In this document: one piece after another, positions 35,648 to 45,965 of the stretch
How positions within the stretch are numbered: position 1 is the stretch's first letter
Layout of the letters: each line of letters begins with the position of its first letter
From: Candidatus Magasanikiibacteriota bacterium
Lineage (GTDB): Bacteria > Patescibacteriota > Patescibacteriia > Magasanikbacterales > UBA922
Direction of reading: 5' to 3'
DNA length: 58,379 bases
Assembly: GCA_043809645.1 (NCBI GenBank)
Contig: JBDROX010000003.1
Location: forward strand, 1-58,379
Notes under the pieces: generated by a model
What the model saw: the letters and a program-made list of their open reading frames with translations, nothing else
Database searches by the model: none
What the model was told of the DNA's origin: nothing
Program-made: the position numbers and the translations under genes

Positions 35648-38600
35648 TTATTGTACGGTAAGGGAAATATAATCTCCTTGGCCGGGAACGCCACCCTCGA
35701 GGTTGGTGCTTGCCGAGAGTGTCCAGTTTCCCAACTCTGGTGCTGTCCAGTGCACTGGAATCTGGTTATTAAAAAGGTTGCCAAAGGAATCAATTGTCTG
35801 AATCTTTTTTTTCTCTCCTTCTTCCCTCTGCTCGAAAATATCAATTGAAAGAATTTTCTCAAGCTTTGTGTGGTTAAGGAGGAGGGTCGTTTCAGTGTCT
35901 GCGCCGTTTATATCTCTATTTTCTCCCACCCAGGAAACGCCGGGTGAGATAGAGAGTCCTTCAAAAAGGAATGGGATATTTTCTTCCACGTGGTTTCCAA
36001 CATCATCTTCGACAGTGATGGTGAGTGTGTGCGCGCCAGGGTCGAGCTCGTTGGCAGTGTAGCTGAGGTTAAAAGGGTGTTCGTGGATGACTCCTATATA
36101 TTTTCCATCAAGTCTGTAGGATACTTTTTCAACACCACGCTTTGCGCTTACGCGAATATCTGTGTCAATCTGCCTAGATGTTAGTGTCGAGCTGGATACT
36201 GGAAAAACAACCTCTAGTGTTGGGATGAGCTCGAGTGAATGAGCATCATCATACTCTGTTGGGGGATCTTCAAAGCTTACGTCCCATTCTGGATCCTCTT
36301 CTTTTTTTCTTGCAATCCAATCCTGTATCCCTCTCTCCCATGCTTCGTACTGCGGATCACCCTGTGGATTTTTTGGAATAGGGCCACGAGGATCACTCTT
36401 CACAACATAATGAAGAATATTGTGTGGGTGAATATATGTCCGCTCAACTATATATTTTTCCGGAGTAGAGGTGGAAGCAAGCTTTCCTGTAACCTTGTCA
36501 ATTTTGAGTGTCACGCCTCCGCCTTTTGATCCTCGGAGAACCGCCTTCTCTGCATCATTTTTTGGTGGAGCTGGGAACTCTTCGTTGTCAGTGCCTTCGA
36601 GGGCTTCTCTCATGAAAGCATTCCAGATTGGGCCTGCAACTTTGCTTCCGCCAAAACCACGCTTCATTGGGGTGTTGTCTGTGTTTCCTGCCCACACACC
36701 GGCCGCAAGGCTCGGTGTGTATCCAATGGCCCACGCATCAACGTAATTATTTGTTGTTCCGGTCTTGGCTGCAACAGTCCGACCTGGGAGTGTGAGAACG
36801 CTTCCTCTGCCAAATGCGTACGCACGTGCATCATCATCGCTCAGCACATTTGATATAGTTGCTGTTATTTTGCTATTGAGCACTCTCTCACCGTTCTCCT
36901 GCTTCCATTCTTGGAGAACATCACCTCTGTTGTCTTCAACTTTGAGAATGGAAACCGGCTCATGCTTGAGTCCATTATTTGCAAGAACAGAAAATGCGGC
37001 TACATGATCAAGAAGCTTTACCTCTCCGCCGCCAAGTACTAGGGAGAGTCCCGCACTTGAGTCTGTGAAAGTCGTATAACCAAGTCTTCTTGCAAAAGAA
37101 ATTGCTTCATCAACACCTACAAGATATAGTGTCTTAACAGCGGGGATGTTCTTTGATCCTTGGAGTGCCATGCGGATCGTGATTGGCCCATGCTCTTTCA
37201 GGTCGTAGTTGAGTGGGGTATATGGACGGCCTGACGCTGCAAAGTTCGTGATCACATCAAAGAGAATGGTCTCTGGCGTGTATCCTTTTTCAAATGCAGC
37301 AGTGTAGACAATTGGTTTGAATGATGATCCTGGCTGTCTTTTTCCAAGTGTGGCAACATTGAACTGTCCGTCGATTTCTTCGTTTTCAAAATTCTTTGAT
37401 CCTACCATGGCGAGTATGTGTCCAGTGCCTGGCTCAATGGCAACAAGGGAGGTATTGTCTGCATCAGCTTCTTCTAATGACTTTGATCCAACCTCATCAA
37501 TTATTTTTTCTGCTATCTTTTGCTTCTCCCAGTCGAGCGAAGTGATAACCTTGAGTCCTCCAGTGTCAACAGTTTGTTCTCCATATTCTTCAACGAGCTT
37601 CTCACGAACATAGAGGACGAAATGCGGAGCCTTGATGTCTCCAAAGTGTCTCTCGAGTGTGAGCTCTTTTGCTTGCGCATCATTTTTTTCTTCTTCGGAA
37701 ATATATCCTTCCTCAAACATTCTTCGGAGGACGAAGTTGCGTCTTGTTTTTAGGGCCTCTCTATCAGAAAGGTAGGTGCTCGGCGCTTTTGGAAGTCCTC
37801 CTAGTGTTGCCAGCTCATGAAGCTCGAGGTCTCCGACATCTTTTCCAAAGTAACTCTGGGCTGCAGCCTGCACACCATAGTTAGTAGATCCATACGGGAT
37901 TTCATTAAAGTAAATTTTGAGTATTTGGTCTTTTGTATATTTTTGTTCGAGTCTAACAGACAAAATTGCTTCTTTGAGTTTTCTTTTAAAGCTTCTCTCA
38001 CCAGTGAGAATTGCATTCTTGACCAGTTGCTGGGTGAGTGTAGAAGTTCCAGCAATTTTTTTCTTGGTAAATACTCCAGTCACAAAAGCACGGATGATAC
38101 TAAGTGGGCGAATGCCGTGGTGTTCATAAAATTTTGTATCCTCTGTGGCAATGACTGCTTGGATGAGTGTTTCTGGGATACTCTCAAACTCGATAATAGT
38201 TCTTTTTTGGTCTGAAAAAATTTCATAGAGGAGCGTCTCTCCTGTGCGGTCATAAATTTTCGTACTCTCAGCAACCTTTCGATCAGTGAGTCTGTCTGGG
38301 TCTGGGAGGTCTCGGCTGATCCAGACTGTGTAGAGCACACCAACAATGACAACAATAACAAAAAGTATGAGTCCGCTTGAGAATATTTTTTTGAAGAATC
38401 TCCCGCCAGACCCTTCTTGACCTCTTGGGCGTCTTCCCCAAAGCCAGCCTAGGGCGCGAAAGAAGCCGCGAACAATAGCCCAGGTAGCTTTTAAGGGAAA
38501 AAGAAGAATGCCCAAGTTGAAAGGTGTCTTTATGACTGTTTTTCTTTTTGATTCTTGAGGCTTTTTTTTTCGGTTTGGCCTTATTTCTTCCTCGATCCCA

Positions 38601-38698
38601 GAGAGCCGTGGGGATACTTCTTTTCTTTTTGGCATTTGCTCTGGTTCATCTGGGTCAATATATCCATATGACCGTCGTTCTGGACGCTTATGTTTCAT
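35648..38698 (-). CDS. Class A penicillin-binding protein (PBP1A family) with C-terminal Ig-like domains
   Basis: EDTKFYEHHG, GTSTLTQQLVKN, RKLKE, RQPGSSFKP, SKN, KTGTT. Confidence 0.95.
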   Translation of the reverse strand: MKHKRPERRSYGYIDPDEPEQMPKRKEVSPRLSGIEEEIRPNRKKKPQESKRKTVIKTPFNLGILLFPLKATWAIVRGFFRALGWLWGRRPRGQEGSGGRFFKKIFSSGLILFVIVVIVGVLYTVWISRDLPDPDRLTDRKVAESTKIYDRTGETLLYEIFSDQKRTIIEFESIPETLIQAVIATEDTKFYEHHGIRPLSIIRAFVTGVFTKKKIAGTSTLTQQLVKNAILTGERSFKRKLKEAILSVRLEQKYTKDQILKIYFNEIPYGSTNYGVQAAAQSYFGKDVGDLELHELATLGGLPKAPSTYLSDREALKTRRNFVLRRMFEEGYISEEEKNDAQAKELTLERHFGDIKAPHFVLYVREKLVEEYGEQTVDTGGLKVITSLDWEKQKIAEKIIDEVGSKSLEEADADNTSLVAIEPGTGHILAMVGSKNFENEEIDGQFNVATLGKRQPGSSFKPIVYTAAFEKGYTPETILFDVITNFAASGRPYTPLNYDLKEHGPITIRMALQGSKNIPAVKTLYLVGVDEAISFARRLGYTTFTDSSAGLSLVLGGGEVKLLDHVAAFSVLANNGLKHEPVSILKVEDNRGDVLQEWKQENGERVLNSKITATISNVLSDDDARAYAFGRGSVLTLPGRTVAAKTGTTNNYVDAWAIGYTPSLAAGVWAGNTDNTPMKRGFGGSKVAGPIWNAFMREALEGTDNEEFPAPPKNDAEKAVLRGSKGGGVTLKIDKVTGKLASTSTPEKYIVERTYIHPHNILHYVVKSDPRGPIPKNPQGDPQYEAWERGIQDWIARKKEEDPEWDVSFEDPPTEYDDAHSLELIPTLEVVFPVSSSTLTSRQIDTDIRVSAKRGVEKVSYRLDGKYIGVIHEHPFNLSYTANELDPGAHTLTITVEDDVGNHVEENIPFLFEGLSISPGVSWVGENRDINGADTETTLLLNHTKLEKILSIDIFEQREEGEKKKIQTIDSFGNLFNNQIPVHWTAPELGNWTLSASTNLEGGVPGQGDYISLTVQ

Positions 38699-38797
38699 AC
38701 AAAGTATGGCTTATCTAAGCTAAAAAATAGAGTCTTCTGAATCTGCTCTTATTGTACCATATTTTTGTTCTAGAACAAGTGGGCGGGCTCATAAGGA

Positions 38798-38826
38798 TTG
38801 ACAAAAGCATGAATTTGTGATATACT
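38798..38826 (+). promoter_or_regulatory. Promoter about 180 nt upstream of the 3D-domain gene
   Basis: TTGACA-17-TATACT. Confidence 0.75.
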
Positions 38827-39007
38827 TTTTAGTTCGTATAGAGAGATGCAGATTGAACCTTTGGTATTTCTAGGGCGAGCCTGTTGATAACTCGAGAGAT
38901 ATTTTCTCTCTATTCAGCAGAAAAAATGAATAGTCATATAATATTTAACCCAATCCCTCACATCTTGTGTTATAATTTTGCACTAGGGTGGGGATTGGTA
39001 CAACTCT

Positions 39008-39550
39008 ATGAAATTTTTACTGAAGATTGATGTTATGAAGTACACACACCTGGCTGTCACGTCTCTCGTCATTGTAACTGTCCTGACAGGTATTCTGACC
39101 CCGTGGTCAGTAAATACGAAGACGCAGGCCTTTATGGAGGATGTGTTTTTTCCACAGACTCACAACACATTTCCTCTTTCTGGTGAAAAAGAACCTGCAT
39201 ATACGAAGTGGGTTCGCGCTACCGCATATTCAAGTGATCCGTGGCAGACTGACTCAACACCGTGTCTCCCTGCAATGAATTTCGATATGTGTGAGCATTA
39301 CGAGAACTATGGGCTTGAAGACACCATTGCTGCTAATTTTCTTCCACTTGGAACGAAGGTACGGCTTCCCGAGCTCTATGGCGACAAGGTCTTCACTGTC
39401 CGTGACCGTATGAATGTCAGATATAATGGAACCAATCGTATTGATGTCTGGATAGGATCAGAGACTCCTGAAAATCAGGAGATCATCAAAAAGGCAAAGT
39501 CAAAAGCGCTTGCGTTCGGAACCAAGAGCCTGAAGATGGAAGTCTTTTAA
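39008..39550 (+). CDS. 3D-domain (MltA/Sps-like) cell-wall protein
   Basis: ATAYSS...QTDSTP, IAANFLPLGTKV, V.DRM, RIDVW, A.AFG. Confidence 0.88.
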   Translation: MKFLLKIDVMKYTHLAVTSLVIVTVLTGILTPWSVNTKTQAFMEDVFFPQTHNTFPLSGEKEPAYTKWVRATAYSSDPWQTDSTPCLPAMNFDMCEHYENYGLEDTIAANFLPLGTKVRLPELYGDKVFTVRDRMNVRYNGTNRIDVWIGSETPENQEIIKKAKSKALAFGTKSLKMEVF

Positions 39551-39646
39551 ACACAAGTCACAAGACACGATTCAAAAAACTTCCCATGTGGGGAGTTTTT
39601 GTTTGGGTTGAAAAAAGATAGGCGCTATGTTATCCTTTTGTCGTAT

Positions 39647-39718
39647 GGTACCGTAGCCAAGTGGCAAGGCAGGGGTCTGCAAAACCTCTATTCGTGGGTT
39701 CGATTCCCGCCGGTACCT
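39647..39718 (+). tRNA. tRNA-Cys(GCA)
   Basis: GGTACCG/CGGTACC acceptor, U73, GGGGT-CT GCA AA-ACCTC. Confidence 0.95.
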
Positions 39719-39805
39719 CTGAAAAGGCCCGATTGATTTTCGGGTTTTTTTGTTGAAATAATGTTGTTAGCGTGGTAAAAAGACAAGGGTACAAAGGAGG
39801 TTGTT

Positions 39806-40126
39806 GTGGATCTTCGAAAGAATATTGTGATCATGGCAAAACACGCGACTGCGGAGTGTCGTGTTCGAAAGAAGTGGGGTTTCGTCACGACGCGTGTCCG
39901 GATCATGAAAGCACTTCGGCCATTCATGGGTGGGTCGGCTTGCTTTCTAGGTCTGGTCCGGGAGCTTTATGAGATCGTTCGGAGTGCGGACGGCCTGCTC
40001 TATGGTGTGTTCTCGCCAGAGAAGACGCAGCCTATCCGAGTGATCGAGCTCTTCCATATCTTGGCAGAGCAGCCAGAGCTCTACCCAGAGGACAAGATTC
40101 TGGTGGCTGTTTGTCATTCAGCGTGA
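39806..40126 (+). CDS. GC-rich orphan protein (106 aa)
   Basis: AAGGAGG before GTG; lies downstream of tRNA-Cys; no motif. Confidence 0.6.
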   Translation: MDLRKNIVIMAKHATAECRVRKKWGFVTTRVRIMKALRPFMGGSACFLGLVRELYEIVRSADGLLYGVFSPEKTQPIRVIELFHILAEQPELYPEDKILVAVCHSA

Positions 40127-40245
40127 TCATCACAGGAGGAAAAAGGAGGTCTCCCGACTGCCTTCGAGTCAGTCGGGAGCATTCAAAAGAACATCATACA
40201 TGTGGTGTTTTTTTTATTTTCCTGCCATGCTACAATTCATACTGT

Positions 40246-42915
40246 ATGAAACAGAAAACATTTGTTATCATTGATGGTAATGCAATTATTCATCGTGGAT
40301 ATCATGCACTTCCGCCGTTTACAGTTGACGGTGTTCTTGTGAATGCTGTATTTGGATTCACTTCGATTTTGCTCAAAGTAATAAACGAACTTAAACCTGA
40401 CTATATTGCCGTGAGTTTTGATGTGGCTGGAAAAACATTCCGTGATGACATATATGAGGATTACAAAGCGACCAGAGAAAAGGCAGACGATGATCTCTAT
40501 GCTCAGATTCCACTGGTATATGATGTGGTGAATGCATTTAATATTCCGGTGTATACAAAGGAAGGTTTTGAAGCTGATGATGTGATAGGGACTATTAGTA
40601 AAAAGTTGAAAGTTGAAAGTGAAAATATAAAGACTGTCATAGTGACAGGAGATATGGATCTTTTGCAGCTCGTTGATGAAACGACGTTTGTCTTTGCTCC
40701 GAAGAAAGGGGTGTCAGATGTTGCGTTCTATGGAGTGGATGAAGTGGTCGAAAAGTATGGGTTTGGTCCAGAGCATGTGACAGACTATAAAGCACTGCGG
40801 GGCGATGCGTCAGACAATATTCCTGGTGTGAAAGGAGTCGGTGATAAGGGAGCAAAAGAACTTATTGAAAAATTTGGCTCAATTGAAAATGTACTTCGTG
40901 CTGTGAAGAGAGATAAAGAGATAGGAGATAAAATTAAACCAGCTCTTGTAAAGAAACTTACCGAAGGAGAAAAAGATGCAAGAATGAGCAAGGAGCTGGC
41001 AACGATCGTGAGAGATGTAAAAGGGCTGAATTTCGATCTAAAGAAATGTGTGACACAAGAGTATGATCGCGAGGAGATAATAGGACTTCTAAGAAAATTT
41101 GAATTTTATTCACTTATAAAGAGGCTTCCGGGATCAGAATCGACGAACATCGAACATCGAACATCGAACAAAACAAAAGTGTTATCAAATAAAATACAGA
41201 TAGTTGATAATTCAAGCATTGGGACATTCTTGAAAGAGATTAAGAACGAAAAGGTGTTCGCTTGTCGAGAAATTTTGAGTGGAAATGACGTACTGACAAG
41301 TGAATTGACTGGTTTTGTTTTTGTTTTAGCAGGAAAAGCTTATTTTGTAAAGAAGGATTCTTCTGTTTTAAAGATTTTTAGCGACAAAACAAAAACAATT
41401 GTGGGGCATGATATAAAGCAGCTTGTGAAAGCTTTGCTTGTACAGAATGTGGGGGTGGGCTGTGAACTCTTTGACATCATGATTGCATCATATCTTCTCA
41501 ACTCAAGTACACGCGCGCATGGCATGGCAGCGATTGCGCTCAGAGAACTCGGAAAAGAATTACCAGCCGCATCGAATCAAGAGAGTCTCTTTGGGACAGA
41601 TCCACAGGTGGTTGCAGACGAACTCTCGCTCATGCTGGAGGTGCAGGAGACATATTCGAAGAAGCTAAAAGAGATGGATGACGAGGGGCTCTTCAAAAAA
41701 GTAGAGATGGCACTGGTGCCAGTGCTCGCAGATGTAGAGCTCCAAGGTGTTGCAGTGGACACAAAGATGCTTGGCGAACTTTCTGTTGACGCAGCAGAAA
41801 CGATTAAGAACCTTCAGAAAAAGATCTGGAGAGAGGCGGGTGAGGAATTCAATGTTGCTTCATCTGTCCAACTCCGTGAAATACTTTTTGAAAGAATGGG
41901 TCTTCCTTCAGAAGGAATTAAAAAAGGAAAGACAGGCTATTCAACAGCAGCGTCAGAGCTCGAGAAACTCCATGGTATTCATCCTATTATTGAGCACATC
42001 GAGCAATTCCGCGAGGTAGAGAAACTCAGGAATACATATATAGATGTACTACCAACGCTTATTAATAAAAAAACAGGAAGAATTCACACAGATTTCAATC
42101 AGGCAGTGACGTCCACAGGAAGACTCTCTAGCTCAAATCCAAATTTGCAAAATATTCCAATTCGGACAGAACTTGGAAAGAAAGTACGCGAATCATTCAT
42201 TGCAGAAAAAGGATATACGCTCATTGCAGCAGATTATTCTCAGATTGAACTTCGCATTGTTGCCTCACTCGCCAAGGACAAAGAATTAATTAAGATTTTT
42301 AGTAAAGGTGAGGACGTTCACAGGGCAACGGCTGCTGTTATTAATGGTGTTCCACTAGATGAAGTGACGAAAGAGATGAGAAGCAGGGCGAAGGCAGTGA
42401 ATTTTGGTGTGCTCTATGGTATGGGGGCATTCGGTCTCGCGTCACGAACCGGAATATCTAGGTGGGAAGCACAGGAATTCATCCATGAGTACTTCGAGGT
42501 TTTTTCTGGTGTGAAAACATATCTCGATAGAGTGCTCAAACAAGCAAAGAAAGATGGATATGTAGAGACACTTTTCGGTAGAAGAAGATATATTCCAGAG
42601 TTGAAGGCTCCAAACAGGCAAGTGAGGGCGTCAGGTGAGCGCATGGCGATCAATATGCCAATCCAGGGGACTGCAGCAGACCTCATGAAGATGGCAATGA
42701 TTGCGGTTCATGAAAACATGAGATCATCTAAACATTTAAATAAAGATGTAAAGATGATTTTACAAGTACACGATGAGGTTGTGCTTGAAGTGAAGATAGG
42801 GCTTGAGAAAGAGATTGCTGCACTTGTGAAGAAGGAAATGGAAGGAGTGGTGAAACTCGATGTGCCAGTAGAGGTTGATGTTCATGTTGGGAAGAGGTGG
42901 GGAAAACTAAAGTAA
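40246..42915 (+). CDS. polA: DNA polymerase I
   Basis: IDGN..HRGYHA, GFEADD, GDASDNIPGV, TGRLSSSNPNLQNIP, ADYSQIELR, AKAVNFG..YG, LQVHDE. Confidence 0.98.
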   Translation: MKQKTFVIIDGNAIIHRGYHALPPFTVDGVLVNAVFGFTSILLKVINELKPDYIAVSFDVAGKTFRDDIYEDYKATREKADDDLYAQIPLVYDVVNAFNIPVYTKEGFEADDVIGTISKKLKVESENIKTVIVTGDMDLLQLVDETTFVFAPKKGVSDVAFYGVDEVVEKYGFGPEHVTDYKALRGDASDNIPGVKGVGDKGAKELIEKFGSIENVLRAVKRDKEIGDKIKPALVKKLTEGEKDARMSKELATIVRDVKGLNFDLKKCVTQEYDREEIIGLLRKFEFYSLIKRLPGSESTNIEHRTSNKTKVLSNKIQIVDNSSIGTFLKEIKNEKVFACREILSGNDVLTSELTGFVFVLAGKAYFVKKDSSVLKIFSDKTKTIVGHDIKQLVKALLVQNVGVGCELFDIMIASYLLNSSTRAHGMAAIALRELGKELPAASNQESLFGTDPQVVADELSLMLEVQETYSKKLKEMDDEGLFKKVEMALVPVLADVELQGVAVDTKMLGELSVDAAETIKNLQKKIWREAGEEFNVASSVQLREILFERMGLPSEGIKKGKTGYSTAASELEKLHGIHPIIEHIEQFREVEKLRNTYIDVLPTLINKKTGRIHTDFNQAVTSTGRLSSSNPNLQNIPIRTELGKKVRESFIAEKGYTLIAADYSQIELRIVASLAKDKELIKIFSKGEDVHRATAAVINGVPLDEVTKEMRSRAKAVNFGVLYGMGAFGLASRTGISRWEAQEFIHEYFEVFSGVKTYLDRVLKQAKKDGYVETLFGRRRYIPELKAPNRQVRASGERMAINMPIQGTAADLMKMAMIAVHENMRSSKHLNKDVKMILQVHDEVVLEVKIGLEKEIAALVKKEMEGVVKLDVPVEVDVHVGKRWGKLK

Positions 42916-43055
42916 TTTCAAATTTTCAGGGAACACTACTGCTCATGGTGCTAATTCATCAAATTTCTAATCAGATTCAAAAAAACCAAATAAAGACTAT
43001 TGATTTTTTGGAATCTCTATGATATATATAACTACTCTAAATCAGTAGTTTTTTT

Positions 43056-44300
43056 ATGACACGACAAATAGAAATCATGGCGCCGGCTGGGTCACCAGCT
43101 TCTCTTACCGCTGCATTGGATGCTGGGGCGAACTCAGTGTATTTTGGTGTAGATCGGCTCAATATGCGGAGCCAGGGGGCGACTAATTTTCCTATCGAGG
43201 AATTACCAGATCTGGCGAAGAGGTGCTCAGAAAAAAAAGTAAAGACTTATTTGACCCTCAATGTTGTCTTGTACGACAATGACCTAGATGAGATGAAAGT
43301 GATCTGCGATGCAGCAAAGGATGCGGGTGTGTCTGCGGTGATTGCGGCTGATATTGCGGCGATCCAGTACGCAAGCTCGATTGGACTCGAGGTTCATATT
43401 TCTACACAAGCAAATGTTTCTAATATTGAAGCCGTTCGATTTTACGCAAAATTTGCTGATGTTGTTGTGCTGGCTCGAGAGCTTACTATCGATCAGATTC
43501 AGGATATATGCGACACAATAAAGAATGAAAAAATCACAGGACCTTCTGGAGAACTTCTTCGCATCGAGCTCTTTGTTCACGGAGCACTCTGCGTTTCTAT
43601 CTCTGGAAAATGTTACATGAGTCTCGCTCGTTATAACTGCAGTGCAAATAGAGGGAAGTGTCTACAGGTGTGTAGGAGGGCGTACCGTGTGATAGATGAA
43701 GAGACTGGGGACGAGCTTGTGGTAGACAATAAATTTATAATGTCACCAAAGGATCTGTGTTGCGTCAAGTTTCTCGATAAAATTCTCGATACCGGCGTTT
43801 CTGTTCTCAAGCTCGAAGGTCGTGGAAGATCAGCAGACTATGTTCATACTGTCACAAGGGTCTACCGAGAAGCTGCTGATGCATGTCTTGCTGATGACTT
43901 TTCAGAAGAGAAGGCTGAGGGCTGGGTAAAGGAACTTGAGAGTGTATTTAACAGGGGCTTCTGGCATGGTGGTTATTATCTTGGAAAGAAACTTGGAGAA
44001 TGGGCTGGAGAATATGGCTCCCAAGCAACGATCAAGAAGGAAATGATTGGAAGATTTCAAAAATATTTTGCAAAAGTAAAGATCGGGGAATTTAAAATAG
44101 AAACAGGAGAGCTGAAACTTGGTGACGAGATTGCAGTTATCGGCCCAACAACTGGGTATATAAAGAAAAAGGTAGAGACCATGCGTGTAGAAGACAAAGA
44201 AGTGGAGAGCGCTGTGAAGGGAGATATTGTGACTATTCCATTTGAGGTAAGGGTGAGAAAGAGTGATAAGATATTTGTCTTGAGAGAGGCAAAGAACTAG
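43056..44300 (+). CDS. Peptidase U32 family Fe-S protein (TrhP/RlhA-like RNA hydroxylation factor)
   Basis: EIMAPAG, HISTQ, LAREL, ELFVHGALCVSISGKC, NRGKCLQVCR, MSPKDL, KLEGR. Confidence 0.93.
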   Translation: MTRQIEIMAPAGSPASLTAALDAGANSVYFGVDRLNMRSQGATNFPIEELPDLAKRCSEKKVKTYLTLNVVLYDNDLDEMKVICDAAKDAGVSAVIAADIAAIQYASSIGLEVHISTQANVSNIEAVRFYAKFADVVVLARELTIDQIQDICDTIKNEKITGPSGELLRIELFVHGALCVSISGKCYMSLARYNCSANRGKCLQVCRRAYRVIDEETGDELVVDNKFIMSPKDLCCVKFLDKILDTGVSVLKLEGRGRSADYVHTVTRVYREAADACLADDFSEEKAEGWVKELESVFNRGFWHGGYYLGKKLGEWAGEYGSQATIKKEMIGRFQKYFAKVKIGEFKIETGELKLGDEIAVIGPTTGYIKKKVETMRVEDKEVESAVKGDIVTIPFEVRVRKSDKIFVLREAKN

Positions 44301-44351
44301 GCATTGTTTTAGCATTCAAGTATAGAAAAAACTCGCCGAATAGCGAGTTTT

Positions 44352-44747
44352 TTATTTTATTTTTTGAAGCATCCGTTTGACGCTTGCCAGATCTTTCTGA
44401 ATTTGTTCTATTCCACGCTCAGCCCTTCTATTGACTGCATAATCGTACTTTGCGGTTATCCTGTCACGCTCCGCTTGTCGATTTTGACTCATCATGATAA
44501 TGGGAGCCTGGATCGCTGCAAGACACGAGAGACAGAGGTTTAGAAATATAAATGGGTAAGGATCCCAGCGAAGCTCGTACGCGAGAAAATTGATACTCAT
44601 CCAGAAAAGGAGGAATAATCCAAAGGAAATAATGAATATCCAACTTCCCAAAAAATGTGTCAGATGATCAGATGCTTTTTGACCCAGCGTATCTTTGATA
44701 CGCAGCTCGTTTGCAGGATGCTCACCACTGTGATTGTTGTTTTTCAT
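44352..44747 (-). CDS. DUF1003 family membrane protein
   Basis: GSWIFI, DPYPFIFLNL.LS.LAA.QAP.IMMSQNRQ. Confidence 0.92.
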   Translation of the reverse strand: MKNNNHSGEHPANELRIKDTLGQKASDHLTHFLGSWIFIISFGLFLLFWMSINFLAYELRWDPYPFIFLNLCLSCLAAIQAPIIMMSQNRQAERDRITAKYDYAVNRRAERGIEQIQKDLASVKRMLQKIK

Positions 44748-44911
44748 ATAGAAAAAGTATATCATATTTTGAAAATCTCTGGAACTAAAGATAGAGAGGG
44801 AGTTTTTTATAAGAATTTTAGAAGATACAAAAACCAGTGCGTTTGAAATTATTTGTTTAATTCTTGTTAGGGTCTTGGAATTTGTTCCTTTATGAGTTAG
44901 TATACTTGCAT

Positions 44912-45877
44912 ATGATTCTATTTTTATTCGGCAAAGATTCGTATAGAAGCCGACAACAACTCAAGAAAATGATGGAGAAATTTAAACAAGATAGAGACCC
45001 ACAAGGCCTCAACATTATTCGAGTTGATGCAGAAAAGGACGCGCGACAGGTACTAGAACAAATGCTTGGAATGCCATTTCTTGCAGAAAAGAGGATGGTG
45101 GTTATAGAGAATTTGCTCATCTCAAAAGAAAAAGAGCTGCAGCAGGAAGTTTTAAAAAGAGTGGAGGAGAAAAGCCTGCCAGACTCAAATGTTATTGTGT
45201 TTTGGGAAGGAATTGATACGTGTAAAACAAAAGATGCCAAAGCACTCCTCGAAAGGCTTGGAAAAGAAAAGTTTGCACAGCAGTTTGATCTATTGACTGG
45301 AGTGAAGCTCCAGGCTTGGATCGAAACAGAGGTGAAAGAACGGGGTGGAGAGATAGACAGGGATGCCTCCAAATATCTCGCCGATCATGTTGGTGGAGAT
45401 ATGTGGCAGCTTAGCAGGTTACTTGATCAGCTTATTGCTTACAAAGATGAAGAGGGGATTGTTCAGGCAGATGTTCAGCTTTTTCTTGACCAAAAAGTAG
45501 ATGACAATATTTTCAACCTTGTCGACTCTATTGTTGGAAAGAATCCAAAGCAAGTTTTTCAAATGATTTCTGAACAGTATAGGCAAGGGAAAGACGCAGG
45601 GTATGTTTTTGCAATGATTCTCAGACAGTTTCGAATTTTGCTTGAAATCAGAGATCTGATGGAGAGAGAAGATGAGTCTCGAAGTGATGTGCTCGCCAAA
45701 AAACTCAGCCTTCATCCTTTTGTTGTAAAGAAGTCACTTCCACTGGCAAACAGATATTCGATGGAACATTTAAAAGAAATATACAGAGAACTTCTCGATC
45801 TTGATATCGCGACCAAGACTGGCGCTGGTGATCAGAAGATGCTTCTCGATGTGTTTGTGGGGAGGAGAGTCATTTAG
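44912..45877 (+). CDS. holA: DNA polymerase III delta subunit
   Basis: LFLFGKD, PFLAEKRMVVI, NIFNLVD, HPFVVKK, D...KTG. Confidence 0.93.
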   Translation: MILFLFGKDSYRSRQQLKKMMEKFKQDRDPQGLNIIRVDAEKDARQVLEQMLGMPFLAEKRMVVIENLLISKEKELQQEVLKRVEEKSLPDSNVIVFWEGIDTCKTKDAKALLERLGKEKFAQQFDLLTGVKLQAWIETEVKERGGEIDRDASKYLADHVGGDMWQLSRLLDQLIAYKDEEGIVQADVQLFLDQKVDDNIFNLVDSIVGKNPKQVFQMISEQYRQGKDAGYVFAMILRQFRILLEIRDLMEREDESRSDVLAKKLSLHPFVVKKSLPLANRYSMEHLKEIYRELLDLDIATKTGAGDQKMLLDVFVGRRVI

Positions 45878-45965
45878 GCACTCAAACATTTAAAGCCTTT
45901 TCAAACTTTTTCTTTTCTAAAAAGAGGGTAGCCTGTCTAAAAAAAATCACCAAGATGGTGATTTT

